From positions 1 to 20,505 of the forward strand of contig JACOZN010000019.1 in assembly GCA_016181305.1 (NCBI GenBank): a stretch of DNA of 20,505 bases. Reading direction: 5' to 3'. Positions 7,296 to 15,403 of this stretch are shown here, piece by piece (the stretch's first letter is position 1; each line of letters opens with the position of its first letter). Below the pieces are notes generated by a model. That model saw nothing but the letters and a program-made list of their open reading frames with translations, ran no database searches and was not told the origin of the DNA. A program made the translations under genes and the position numbers. Origin of the DNA: Candidatus Woesearchaeota archaeon (GTDB lineage: Archaea > Nanobdellota > Nanobdellia > Woesearchaeales > GW2011-AR4).

Positions 7296-7739
7296 ATGCA
7301 GCTAGAGGAAACAGACAAAAAAATTCTGAACATTCTTGTAGAAAACTCACGGCTTTCTCTTAGGCAGATTGCTAAAAAAGCAAATGTTTCCGTTGCAACT
7401 GTAATGCACCACATAAAAAAGCTCGAGAAAGATGGCATAATCAAAAAGTACACTTCAAAGCTGGATTACGAAAAGGCAGGTTACGACGTTGAAGCCATGA
7501 TTGAAATCAGGATTTCAAAAGGCAGGCTGTTCGAGGTTGAGAGGAAAATTGCCTCTAATCCAAATGTTTTTGCCGTTTACGACATTACAGGAGCTTTTGA
7601 CTCGCTTGTGCTGGCAAGATTCCCCACAAGGAGGCAGATGGATCATTTCCTTAAGAAGCTGCAGACTTACGACTTTGTCGAGAGGACTGAAACAAAGCTG
7701 ATTCTTAACACAATTAAAGAGGAGAATATTGGAGTGTGA
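7296..7739 (+). CDS. Lrp/AsnC family transcriptional regulator
   Basis: DKKILNILVENSRLSLRQIAKKANVSVATV HTH, plus RAM domain VYDITGAFD...VERTET. ATG at 7296 is preferred over TTG at 7287; TATAAAA at 7270-7276. Confidence 0.92.
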   Translation: MQLEETDKKILNILVENSRLSLRQIAKKANVSVATVMHHIKKLEKDGIIKKYTSKLDYEKAGYDVEAMIEIRISKGRLFEVERKIASNPNVFAVYDITGAFDSLVLARFPTRRQMDHFLKKLQTYDFVERTETKLILNTIKEENIGV

Positions 7740-7842
7740 TGGGGCTGGGAGGATTTGAACCCCCACCACGCAGTCCCGAACCGCGGATATTGGCTCAAAG
7801 GCAATGCCCTTGCCATGTCTGGCCAAGTTATACTACAGCCCC
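7740..7842 (-). tRNA. tRNA-Pro(CGG) with a 29-nt D-arm intron; CCA not encoded
   Basis: Acceptor GGGGCUG/CAGCCCC, anticodon arm CGCGG-UUCGGGA-CUGCG, T arm GGGGG-UUCAAAU-CCUCC. Removing 29 nt gives a 74-nt cloverleaf. Confidence 0.92.
7790..7818 (-). other. Non-canonical tRNA intron (probably position 22/23)
   Basis: ACAUGGCAAGGGCAUUGCCUUUGAGCCAA. Relaxed bulge-helix-bulge: GGCC/AGCC central helix, AGA and AAU bulges, inner hairpin GGCAA/UUGCC. Confidence 0.75.
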
Positions 7843-7867
7843 ACCAAACAGCAGGTTTTTATCTTGT

Positions 7868-7875
7868 TATTTAAA
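7868..7875 (-). promoter_or_regulatory. TATA box (TTTAAATA) of the tRNA-Pro gene, containing the stop codon of the upstream 877-aa ORF
   Basis: About 26-33 nt upstream of tRNA position 1, preceded by an A-rich BRE-like AAAAATC. Confidence 0.6.
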
Positions 7876-10504
7876 GATTTTTAAGATAAAGCCTTTTTAT
7901 GGCCAGGTAAGGCCCTACTACGATTAAAACTTCCAGCAGAACTATCAAGGCTCCGAAATTAGGGCGGCTGCCTGCCGGCTTGGCTGCCACGGCTGTTACG
8001 CCTGAAAATCCTGACGGCAAAACTTTAACCCTTCTGAAATTACCCATGTAACCGGATTGGTCTGGATCAATGGCGTTTTCCTTTGGCTCACCGGCAGTGC
8101 ATTGCTCTGACTCAATGGGCTTTTTGCCCGGAAAAGCGCAGTTATCGGCATCGATGCATTTTCTGACCCTGAAGCCGTTGCTGCATTTTTCCCATTCACT
8201 GCACTGCCAATTGGGATTACAGGCAATGCCGCCTCCGCCTCCGCTGCCCCCTGAAGAGCCGCCTGCAGATGCGGCAGTGCCGCTGCTGCCGCCGGGTTTT
8301 GCGTAATCAATCTGCACAATGCCGGAATGCCCCAACCCCTCGACTTTGTACCTGCCAAGCGTGGAGTTGTATGCGCAGGTGTAGGAATCCTGCAAAGTGC
8401 CGTCGCACTCAATTTTGTGCTCGTTGCCCGAGCTGCAATCTGAGCTTATGTCCCCTATTGATGATATCTCCTCGTCTTTAATGCAGATTCCGTTCAGCCC
8501 TGCATCAGCCCTGTCGACATACAGCGTCTTTGTCGTGCCTTCGGGCATTTTCAGCCCACTTACGATCAATGAGCCGGTGGAATTTGCGCCCTGCTTGTCG
8601 ATTGTAAGGTTTGTAAGATTAAGCTTGTACCTGGAGAAGTCAAAGTTAAACTCCGCAACTGCAATATCCCCGTCCCTGATTATTATGCTGTCAGTTTTGT
8701 TAAACAATTTGGATATATTCCGGGAATTGCCGACAAGCAGCGAGAGGTTTATAGTCGAGGTTTTGACTGACTTTTCGTCCCCAAAAAGCCTGTCCTCGCT
8801 GTCATTCACCCCGTCATTGTCAGCGTCTTTTTCAGGCGCATCAGCAACAATGATTTTGAATATTCTTGAATGATTAAGAAAACCGTCAGAAGCGGCTGCA
8901 ATTAAAGTGTAATTGCCGCTGTCGGTAGTTGATGTGCTCCACTCAAAAATATTGGACTTGTTTGAGAATCTGGACAGGTTGATTGAAAAAAATAAGTCGT
9001 CGTTATTGGGGTCAGATGCGGAAAGGCTGATTGCAATTTTATCAGTCTCATTTATAGTCATGTTGCTGACAAGGGCCAAGGCCGGTTGCTTGTTGAGCTT
9101 TACCACAATCCTTTCAGCATTGTTGCTTTCATTAAGCTCCTCAACAAAATCCTGCAGATCAGCAATCGCTGTTATCTCAAAATCCGATATGCTGGAAAAA
9201 TTAACCTGGTGCTTAACCTCGGAGTTTGCATTTATGATATTGGACTTGTTGGCTCTTGAAAATGTTTTATTGTCAAAAACCTCTGTAAAAACGTTGAATG
9301 CGTGATTCCTGCCGATATTTTTGAACGTAAAGTTTACTGTTATGTTGCCTATCCCATAATGATACTCTCCGGAAACGGATATATTGGCTTTTAAATCCGG
9401 CAAATTTGTGCTGTCAAAGTCGTTAAAGTTGTAGTTTCCTGTCGTATACGCGTCACTTATTTTGTCTATCAAGGCGCCGTCCTCGTAAAGCTCGGCGTAT
9501 TTCACGTTAAAAGGGCCGTCAAGCTTTTTGCCATGTATTTTCGAGCCGTTGAAATTGAAAGATATTTTGCTGCGCCCTGCATTTAGGAATAGCGATGAGT
9601 TTTTTATTTCTATAACATTGCCAAACAAGTCGTATAAAGCCAGGGCGATTGTATATGCATTGCCGCCGATAATCTGCAGGCTTGCATTAACCTGCAGAAC
9701 GTCAAATTTCCCGTTATCGTTTGTGTCAATTCCATCGTCGGTAAAATTGAAAATGTAGGATTTGGCGGCAAAATCCCCGAAGTCATAGAACGCAGTTGTA
9801 AAATTTGTTTTGATTGATTTTCTGCCGATTTTTATTGAAGATGTGCTGAACTTTCCTGTGTAATGGGACAGTTTTATTGTTTCATTTTCAAATTCAAAGA
9901 CTAAGTCATTCATTGAGTTTATTATCGATACGTTTTTCTTAGAAGCTATTATTGAGCGGTTATAGCTTAGAAATGCTATTGCTTCAAAAGTTCCGTTGAT
10001 AGTTGAATTCAGCGTCACATTTATTCTTAAATTTTTGCCGGCTTTTGCATCTTTTATGCCTGATATCTTTAATCCTTCTTCATAATTAAAATAATTTTGG
10101 GTCAGAATATTGCCTTTCCTGTACTTAAGGCTGTAGCTTGAATTGTAAACTTTTATTGAATAATTGAATTGGCTTTGGCTTAAAAGCATTGAACTGAAGG
10201 TTATGTTTAATTTGTTTGCTCCGGAGCTTAAAGTCTTGTTTGTCTCATTGGTCAAAACCCCGTTTTTATCAAATAAATTAACGACAAAAACAAAATTTCC
10301 GTTTGCGTTGCTGGTTGTCAGCTCAAAAACCATAGTGTCATTAATTCCATTGTTGCTTTTGTCAATCATGAAGTCCGTATAATTTGTGACATTCATCTGG
10401 CTTGTGGCGGTTGAGAAGCTGTACCTTGACAGAAGCTCCCTTATTGAGATGGAATAGGCTAATGGGATTATGAGTAACAGAACTAAAACTACCACCCCTT
10501 TCAT
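7871..10504 (-). CDS. Large secreted, C-terminally anchored surface protein (repeated Ig-like/CARDB-like domains, DxDxDG Ca-binding motif, Gly/Ser linker, Cys-rich TSP1-like minidomain)
   Basis: Signal peptide MKGVVVLVLLLIIPLAYS; two related D-x-x-x-NG-x-x-D modules; CARDB-like LPDL...NIG...ELNESNN; DADNDGVND; CNPNWQCSEWEKC...RKCIDADNC; C-terminal hydrophobic helix with a basic tail; many NxS/T sequons. Confidence 0.8.
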   Translation of the reverse strand: MKGVVVLVLLLIIPLAYSISIRELLSRYSFSTATSQMNVTNYTDFMIDKSNNGINDTMVFELTTSNANGNFVFVVNLFDKNGVLTNETNKTLSSGANKLNITFSSMLLSQSQFNYSIKVYNSSYSLKYRKGNILTQNYFNYEEGLKISGIKDAKAGKNLRINVTLNSTINGTFEAIAFLSYNRSIIASKKNVSIINSMNDLVFEFENETIKLSHYTGKFSTSSIKIGRKSIKTNFTTAFYDFGDFAAKSYIFNFTDDGIDTNDNGKFDVLQVNASLQIIGGNAYTIALALYDLFGNVIEIKNSSLFLNAGRSKISFNFNGSKIHGKKLDGPFNVKYAELYEDGALIDKISDAYTTGNYNFNDFDSTNLPDLKANISVSGEYHYGIGNITVNFTFKNIGRNHAFNVFTEVFDNKTFSRANKSNIINANSEVKHQVNFSSISDFEITAIADLQDFVEELNESNNAERIVVKLNKQPALALVSNMTINETDKIAISLSASDPNNDDLFFSINLSRFSNKSNIFEWSTSTTDSGNYTLIAAASDGFLNHSRIFKIIVADAPEKDADNDGVNDSEDRLFGDEKSVKTSTINLSLLVGNSRNISKLFNKTDSIIIRDGDIAVAEFNFDFSRYKLNLTNLTIDKQGANSTGSLIVSGLKMPEGTTKTLYVDRADAGLNGICIKDEEISSIGDISSDCSSGNEHKIECDGTLQDSYTCAYNSTLGRYKVEGLGHSGIVQIDYAKPGGSSGTAASAGGSSGGSGGGGGIACNPNWQCSEWEKCSNGFRVRKCIDADNCAFPGKKPIESEQCTAGEPKENAIDPDQSGYMGNFRRVKVLPSGFSGVTAVAAKPAGSRPNFGALIVLLEVLIVVGPYLAIKRLYLKNL

Positions 10505-10526
10505 TTTTAGTTTGATTAAAATGGGC

Positions 10527-10568
10527 TTATAAAAAGTTTTCTTTATTTTGCACCAACACTTTTATATA
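10527..10568. promoter_or_regulatory. Back-to-back TATA boxes of the divergent surface-protein gene (10527-10534, minus) and polB (10561-10568, plus)
   Basis: TTTTATAA about 23-30 nt before the ATG at 10504; TTTATATA about 23-30 nt before the ATG at 10591. Confidence 0.55.
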
Positions 10569-10590
10569 TAAAAAACCTTTCTCGACTGCT

Positions 10591-13047
10591 ATGGCTGACA
10601 GAATGGAGTTTTTCCCATTGGACGCAACCTACAGGGTGCAGGATGGAAAAGCAGTCATAAGCATGTACGGCAGGGCAGGCGACGGAAGGCAGGTTTGCGT
10701 GCTTGACGGCAGCTTCGAACCTTATTTTTACGCAATCCCAAAGGACAGCATAAACATAGGCGAAAAGCTGGAAAAAATAAGGGTTGAGCAGGACAATGAC
10801 GCTTACTTTGTAACACGGGCAGAGGCTGTCCTGAAAAAGTTCCTTGGGAAGGAAGTATTTGCCTTAAGGGTTTATGTAAACCTGCCTGCAGGCGTCCCGA
10901 TAATAAGGGACATAATAAAAGACTGGGATTCTGTAAGCTCCACGCACGAGTTTGACATACCTTTTGCCAGAAGGTACCTCATAGACAAGAACATAATCCC
11001 CCTGAATTTGCACCAGGCAGTTGGCGAATTCATCAGCCAGAAGTCAAGAGTGCAGGTTTTCAGGGCCGACAGCATAGGGCAGGCAGGCACAGACACCCTG
11101 CACAATCCGAGAGTTCTTGCATTTGACATTGAAACCTACAGCCCGTTTGACATGGCAATAGACGCCGAGAAAAATCCCATCATAATGCTTTCATTCTACG
11201 GAGAAAATTTCAGGAAGGTTTTTGTCTGGAAAAAATTCAGGACAAGCATTGATTATATAGAGTTTGTCAACAGCGAGGCAGAGCTTATAGGGAAGTTCAG
11301 GGATACGATAGACACGTACAAACCGGACATACTGACAGGCTATTTTTCCGACGGGTTTGACCTGCCGTACATAAAGACAAGGGCGGACAAATACAAGATA
11401 AAGCTTGACATAGGCCTGGACTTTTCCGAATTGAGGGTCAAGTCGGCAAGGGAGACTGCGGTTGCAGTAACAGGAATAACCCATCTTGACATCTTCAAGT
11501 TCATCAAAAAGGTCATGGGAAATTCTCTTGAAACAACATCTTACGACCTGAATGCGGTGGCATTTGAGCTTCTAGAGGAGAAGAAGCACGACGTCTCATT
11601 GGCGGATTTGCCGAACATATGGGACAGCAGCCACGACAACCTTGAGAAATTCTGCGAATACAACCTCAACGACTCGGTTTTGACTTACAACCTTGCCGTG
11701 AAAATGCTGCCGACAATCACAGAGATTGTGAAGATAGTGGGAATTCCCATTTATGACGTCAACAGGATGGGATTTTCCCAGCTTGTCGAGTGGTACATAA
11801 TGAAGCAGGCGCAGCAGTTCAACGAGATTGCGCCCAACAAGCCAAGCTATGATGAAGTGCAAAAGAGAAGGCTCCAGACTTACCAGGGCGCTTTTGTCTA
11901 TGAGCCAAAGCCGGGGCTGTACAAGGACATTGTTGTTTTTGACTTCAGGAGCCTTTATCCTACAATTCTGGGCTCCCATAACATAGGCCCTGATACGATC
12001 GACTGCAAGTGCTGCGAAGAAACCGCAAAGCCCACCCCTGACGAAAGCGAAAGGCACTGGTTCTGCTCAAAAAGAAAGGGATTTATCCCTATCCTGATAG
12101 AGGACCTGATCACGAGAAGAATGCGGATCAAGGAGATAATAAAGGAAGAGCATGGCGAAAAATTTGCATTCCTCGACGCGAGGCAGAACAGCCTCAAGCT
12201 GCTTGCAAACTCTTTCTACGGCTACCTGGGCTTTTTCGGCGCAAGGTGGTACAGCATAGAGTGCGCCAGGGGCACGACAGCATGGGGCAGGTTTTACATC
12301 CACAAGGTCATTGACAGGGCGCAGAAAGAGGGTTTTCTTGTACTGTACAGCGACACAGACAGCGTTTTTTTGACGCTTGACGGCAGGACAAAAAATGATG
12401 CCGAGGCGTTTGCAGAGTCCATAAACCGTGAGCTGCCGGGCTTGATGGAGCTCGAGTATGAGGGGTTCTATCCTTCAGGGATTTTTGTTTCCGCGAAAAT
12501 GGGAGCGTTCGGGGCAAAGAAGAAATATGCCATGATGTCCGAGGATGGGGCATTGAAGATAAAGGGTTTTGAGACTGTGAGGCGCAACTGGAGCCTGATT
12601 GCAAAGGATGTGCAGGAAAAAGTGCTTGGCATAATACTGAAGGAGCATGACACCGAAAAAGCCCTCAGGTACGTCAAAAATATCATTACAGACCTTAAAT
12701 CCAAGAAAATACCGATTGAAAAAGTGATCATCCACACGCAGCTGCAGAAGGAGATTCTTGACTATACTTCCAAAGGGCCCCATGTTGCAGTCGCGCAAAG
12801 ATTGAAGAACAAGGGCAGAGTCATAGGGCCCGGCTCTATAATAAAATATGTTGTTACTCAGGGAAATGACATAATAAGGAACCGCTCGAAGATGCCCGAA
12901 GAAGTGAAAGAGAACGAGTACGATGCCGATTACTACATCAACAACCAGGTTATTCCGTCTGTTGAGAGGATTTTCAACGTAATCGGCTACACAAAGGAAG
13001 ACTTGCTCGAGACAAAGGAGCAGACTAAGCTGGAAGGGTTTTTCTAG
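10591..13047 (+). CDS. polB: Family B DNA polymerase, intein-free
   Basis: Exo I FDIETY, Exo II GYFSDGFD, Exo III YNLND; DFRSLYP, KLLANSFYGY, YSDTDS; uracil-pocket motif EFDIPFARRY; C-terminal PIP box QTKLEGFF. Confidence 0.97.
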   Translation: MADRMEFFPLDATYRVQDGKAVISMYGRAGDGRQVCVLDGSFEPYFYAIPKDSINIGEKLEKIRVEQDNDAYFVTRAEAVLKKFLGKEVFALRVYVNLPAGVPIIRDIIKDWDSVSSTHEFDIPFARRYLIDKNIIPLNLHQAVGEFISQKSRVQVFRADSIGQAGTDTLHNPRVLAFDIETYSPFDMAIDAEKNPIIMLSFYGENFRKVFVWKKFRTSIDYIEFVNSEAELIGKFRDTIDTYKPDILTGYFSDGFDLPYIKTRADKYKIKLDIGLDFSELRVKSARETAVAVTGITHLDIFKFIKKVMGNSLETTSYDLNAVAFELLEEKKHDVSLADLPNIWDSSHDNLEKFCEYNLNDSVLTYNLAVKMLPTITEIVKIVGIPIYDVNRMGFSQLVEWYIMKQAQQFNEIAPNKPSYDEVQKRRLQTYQGAFVYEPKPGLYKDIVVFDFRSLYPTILGSHNIGPDTIDCKCCEETAKPTPDESERHWFCSKRKGFIPILIEDLITRRMRIKEIIKEEHGEKFAFLDARQNSLKLLANSFYGYLGFFGARWYSIECARGTTAWGRFYIHKVIDRAQKEGFLVLYSDTDSVFLTLDGRTKNDAEAFAESINRELPGLMELEYEGFYPSGIFVSAKMGAFGAKKKYAMMSEDGALKIKGFETVRRNWSLIAKDVQEKVLGIILKEHDTEKALRYVKNIITDLKSKKIPIEKVIIHTQLQKEILDYTSKGPHVAVAQRLKNKGRVIGPGSIIKYVVTQGNDIIRNRSKMPEEVKENEYDADYYINNQVIPSVERIFNVIGYTKEDLLETKEQTKLEGFF

Positions 13048-13113
13048 ATAGTTACTATTAAAGAGTTGTAAAAGCGAAAGATTTAAATAGTATTATTTAA
13101 TTTAATTGAAAAA

Positions 13114-13539
13114 ATGGCAAGCGTTGCTGATTTTGTAAGTACTGACAAAGTTGCATATACTTCTTTATTAAGACAAATAAGGGAGAGTAGGGAATTTCCG
13201 TACATAGCTACAAGTTTAGCAAAACTTCTGTCTAGAGAGGAAGGTTTTGTTAGAAGTTTGTTAGGGGCACATATAGGTGCGTTACAAGCAGATGTGTTAC
13301 CAGCAAAAAGAAAGGAGAGTAGGGAGTTGGATAGAGAAATTACACTGGGAATTCGCTATATGTTGGATGGTGAATATGAAGAATCTCACCGCCACTTTTT
13401 ACAAGCAAGGAGTATATCAAGAGATAAAGGAGTTACTTTTGCTTTATCGACAGTTGGCAATAATATTCTCAATGCATCTACAATCTATAATGCTGCATTA
13501 TCGCACGTTAAATCCCAACGAGAATATGGCAAGAAATGA
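13114..13539 (+). CDS. Hypothetical alpha-helical protein with a possible single TPR-like motif
   Basis: AT-rich ORF with its own TATA (TTTAAATA, 13082-13089). GIRYMLDGEYEESHRHFLQARSI resembles a TPR consensus. Confidence 0.55.
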   Translation: MASVADFVSTDKVAYTSLLRQIRESREFPYIATSLAKLLSREEGFVRSLLGAHIGALQADVLPAKRKESRELDREITLGIRYMLDGEYEESHRHFLQARSISRDKGVTFALSTVGNNILNASTIYNAALSHVKSQREYGKK

Positions 13540-13628
13540 TGTAAAATCAACTTAAATACGCAGCCAAAATCCTTGATTATTCTATATTTTGCAAAGAACT
13601 ATTCAAAACCGCAACCTTTAAATATTTG

Positions 13629-13658
13629 TGGTATACTTAAGTATATTTAGGTATACCA
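13629..13658 (+). promoter_or_regulatory. Putative operator: three GTATAY boxes at exact 10-bp spacing between TATA (13617-13624) and ATG (13660)
   Basis: GTATAC 13631, GTATAT 13641, GTATAC 13651. Also the palindrome TATACTTAAGTATA (13632-13645) and an 8-bp inverted repeat TGGTATAC/GTATACCA. Confidence 0.7.
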
Positions 13659-13659
13659 A

Positions 13660-13953
13660 ATGGAGATAACGACAATAAAGCTCAGCAAAAGCACTGTTGG
13701 GCTTCTCAGCAGGCTGAAGATACACCCAAGGCAGCCCTATGAGGAAGTTATTCTGAAGCTGATTTCTGAAAACAAGGATAAAAAAAATCCAGGCAAATTG
13801 CCGCAAAGCTCCAGTTCTATCACGACAATAAAGCTCCATAAAAAAACAGCCAAGCAGCTTAACGGCTTGAAAATCCATCAGCGCCAATCCTACGAGGAAG
13901 TCGTTCTTAATCTTATACCGCAAAATGAGGAAGCAGGAAAAAAAGCTAGATAA
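13660..13953 (+). CDS. Tandem ribbon-helix-helix-like DNA-binding protein
   Basis: Two copies of one module: TTIKLSKSTVGLLSRLKIHPRQPYEEVILKLI and TTIKLHKKTAKQLNGLKIHQRQSYEEVVLNLI. Confidence 0.7.
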   Translation: MEITTIKLSKSTVGLLSRLKIHPRQPYEEVILKLISENKDKKNPGKLPQSSSSITTIKLHKKTAKQLNGLKIHQRQSYEEVVLNLIPQNEEAGKKAR

Positions 13954-13957
13954 GGGC

Positions 13958-15403
13958 ATGGTAAAAATATTTGTGCTGTATTTGCTAGTTGTATTGCTAT
14001 CATTTACAGCAAATGCATTCACAGCCAACGGCACTGAAAAAACATTTGACTTTGCAGTCACCTCAGGCAAAAATGCAGAGCTTTCAGGCTCGAATTACAA
14101 GGTATCCCAAGTCATTGGCGACATAACATCTGTAGTCAACTCCTCGAATTTCAGGACGGAACTGGGGTTTTTGAGGACCCTGCCGTATCTCGACGGCGAA
14201 TCCTGCCAGATAGCATCAGAATGCCTTGGGGGATTTTGCTGCAGCGGAGTGTGCCAAAGCTCTTCATGCCCTGTCCAGGCTGAATCCGCGCCTGCTGCCG
14301 CTGCCAGCGGCGGCGGGGGTTCAGGAGCCGTAGAGGATTTCTCAATAGACAAGGAGTATATCAAGGCGCTAATCAAGCAGGGCACAACAATAAAAACCCA
14401 GTTTGAAATAACCAACATTGGGACTGAAACATTGTCATTTGACATAGACTACTCGGAACTAAGTGATTTCCTGCTGTTAAGCGATACAAAATTCAGCCTT
14501 GCCCCAAGCAAAGCCAAAACTATTGATGTTACAATATTTGCATCGGAAAACCAAAAGCCTGATGTCTATTCCGGCAATATAATAATAAAAGGCAACAGCG
14601 TGGAAAAATCATTGCCTGTTATAATAGAAGTTCAGGCAAAAGAGGCTTTGTTTGACATAATAGTCAAGGTTATTCCCGAGTCAAAAAACGTGCTGAAAAC
14701 TGATAAAGTAACAGCCAACATAACACTAATCAACGTGGGTGACTTGAAGCCCGTTGATGCAGTGCTTCACTATGCAGTAAGGGACATTGAAGGTAAAAAC
14801 CTTTCATTCGGCAGCGAGACTCTTGCTATCTATAATGAAGTCCACAGGATAAAGGAGCTTGAGCTTCCGCCTGAAATAATGCTCGGAACTTACCTGTTTT
14901 ATGCAAGAGTGTCTTATGGCACAGAAAGCGCTGCTGCAGGCGATGTCTTCTATGTTGTTGCGGAAAAGCCTACAACATGCTCTGACGGCATTAAAAACCA
15001 GAATGAAGAGGGCATAGATTGTGGAGGGCAATGCAGGCCGTGCGGGATAAGCGCGCTCAAGTCAATATGGCTTTTTATAAGAAATTATCTGCTGTCAATT
15101 TTCTTTATCATAATTTCTGCGGCAATCGCCGCAATCGCAATTATTCTATTCAGGAGGAGAAAACAGGAGGAAGCGCAAAAAACCGAGCTGCGCGGCAGGA
15201 TAGAGACATTGTCTAAATTCATTGAATTGGCGTTAAGCAGGGGCTACAAGGGGGAGCACATAAAATCAATGCTAATGGCAAAGGGCTGGCCTGAAAACAT
15301 TGTGGACAATGTGCTGGACAAAGTGCTGCTGGACAAGTTAAGGGAGCTTGAGAAAAAGCTTGAGCTGCAGTACGAGCAGGAAAAAATAAGGCAAATAAAA
15401 TGA
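13958..15403 (+). CDS. Type I membrane surface protein (signal peptide, Cys-rich knots, Ig-like domains, TM helix, cytoplasmic helical tail)
   Basis: Start at the ATG at 13958 (MVKIFVLYLLVVLLSFTANA); CQIASECLGGFCCSGVC; TCSDGIKNQNEEGIDCGGQCRPC; TM followed by RRRK; ATGA overlap with the next gene. Confidence 0.8.
   Translation: MVKIFVLYLLVVLLSFTANAFTANGTEKTFDFAVTSGKNAELSGSNYKVSQVIGDITSVVNSSNFRTELGFLRTLPYLDGESCQIASECLGGFCCSGVCQSSSCPVQAESAPAAAASGGGGSGAVEDFSIDKEYIKALIKQGTTIKTQFEITNIGTETLSFDIDYSELSDFLLLSDTKFSLAPSKAKTIDVTIFASENQKPDVYSGNIIIKGNSVEKSLPVIIEVQAKEALFDIIVKVIPESKNVLKTDKVTANITLINVGDLKPVDAVLHYAVRDIEGKNLSFGSETLAIYNEVHRIKELELPPEIMLGTYLFYARVSYGTESAAAGDVFYVVAEKPTTCSDGIKNQNEEGIDCGGQCRPCGISALKSIWLFIRNYLLSIFFIIISAAIAAIAIILFRRRKQEEAQKTELRGRIETLSKFIELALSRGYKGEHIKSMLMAKGWPENIVDNVLDKVLLDKLRELEKKLELQYEQEKIRQIK

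Noticed and set aside
7740-7790. tRNA 3' end as an integration (att) site
   Set aside because: No duplicate of the tRNA 3' end was seen in the window, and no integrase is present.
7736-7927. 63-aa ORF over the tRNA
   Set aside because: It is the antisense reading of tRNA-Pro (the typical GFEP pattern).
10591-13047. Intein or inactivated PolB
   Set aside because: The length and motif spacing are normal, and all polymerase catalytic motifs are intact.
13925-13957. Upstream start of the 492-aa ORF
   Set aside because: It overlaps the RHH-like gene and precedes the signal peptide; the ATG at 13958 fits better. Likewise ribL starts at 4888 rather than 4957.
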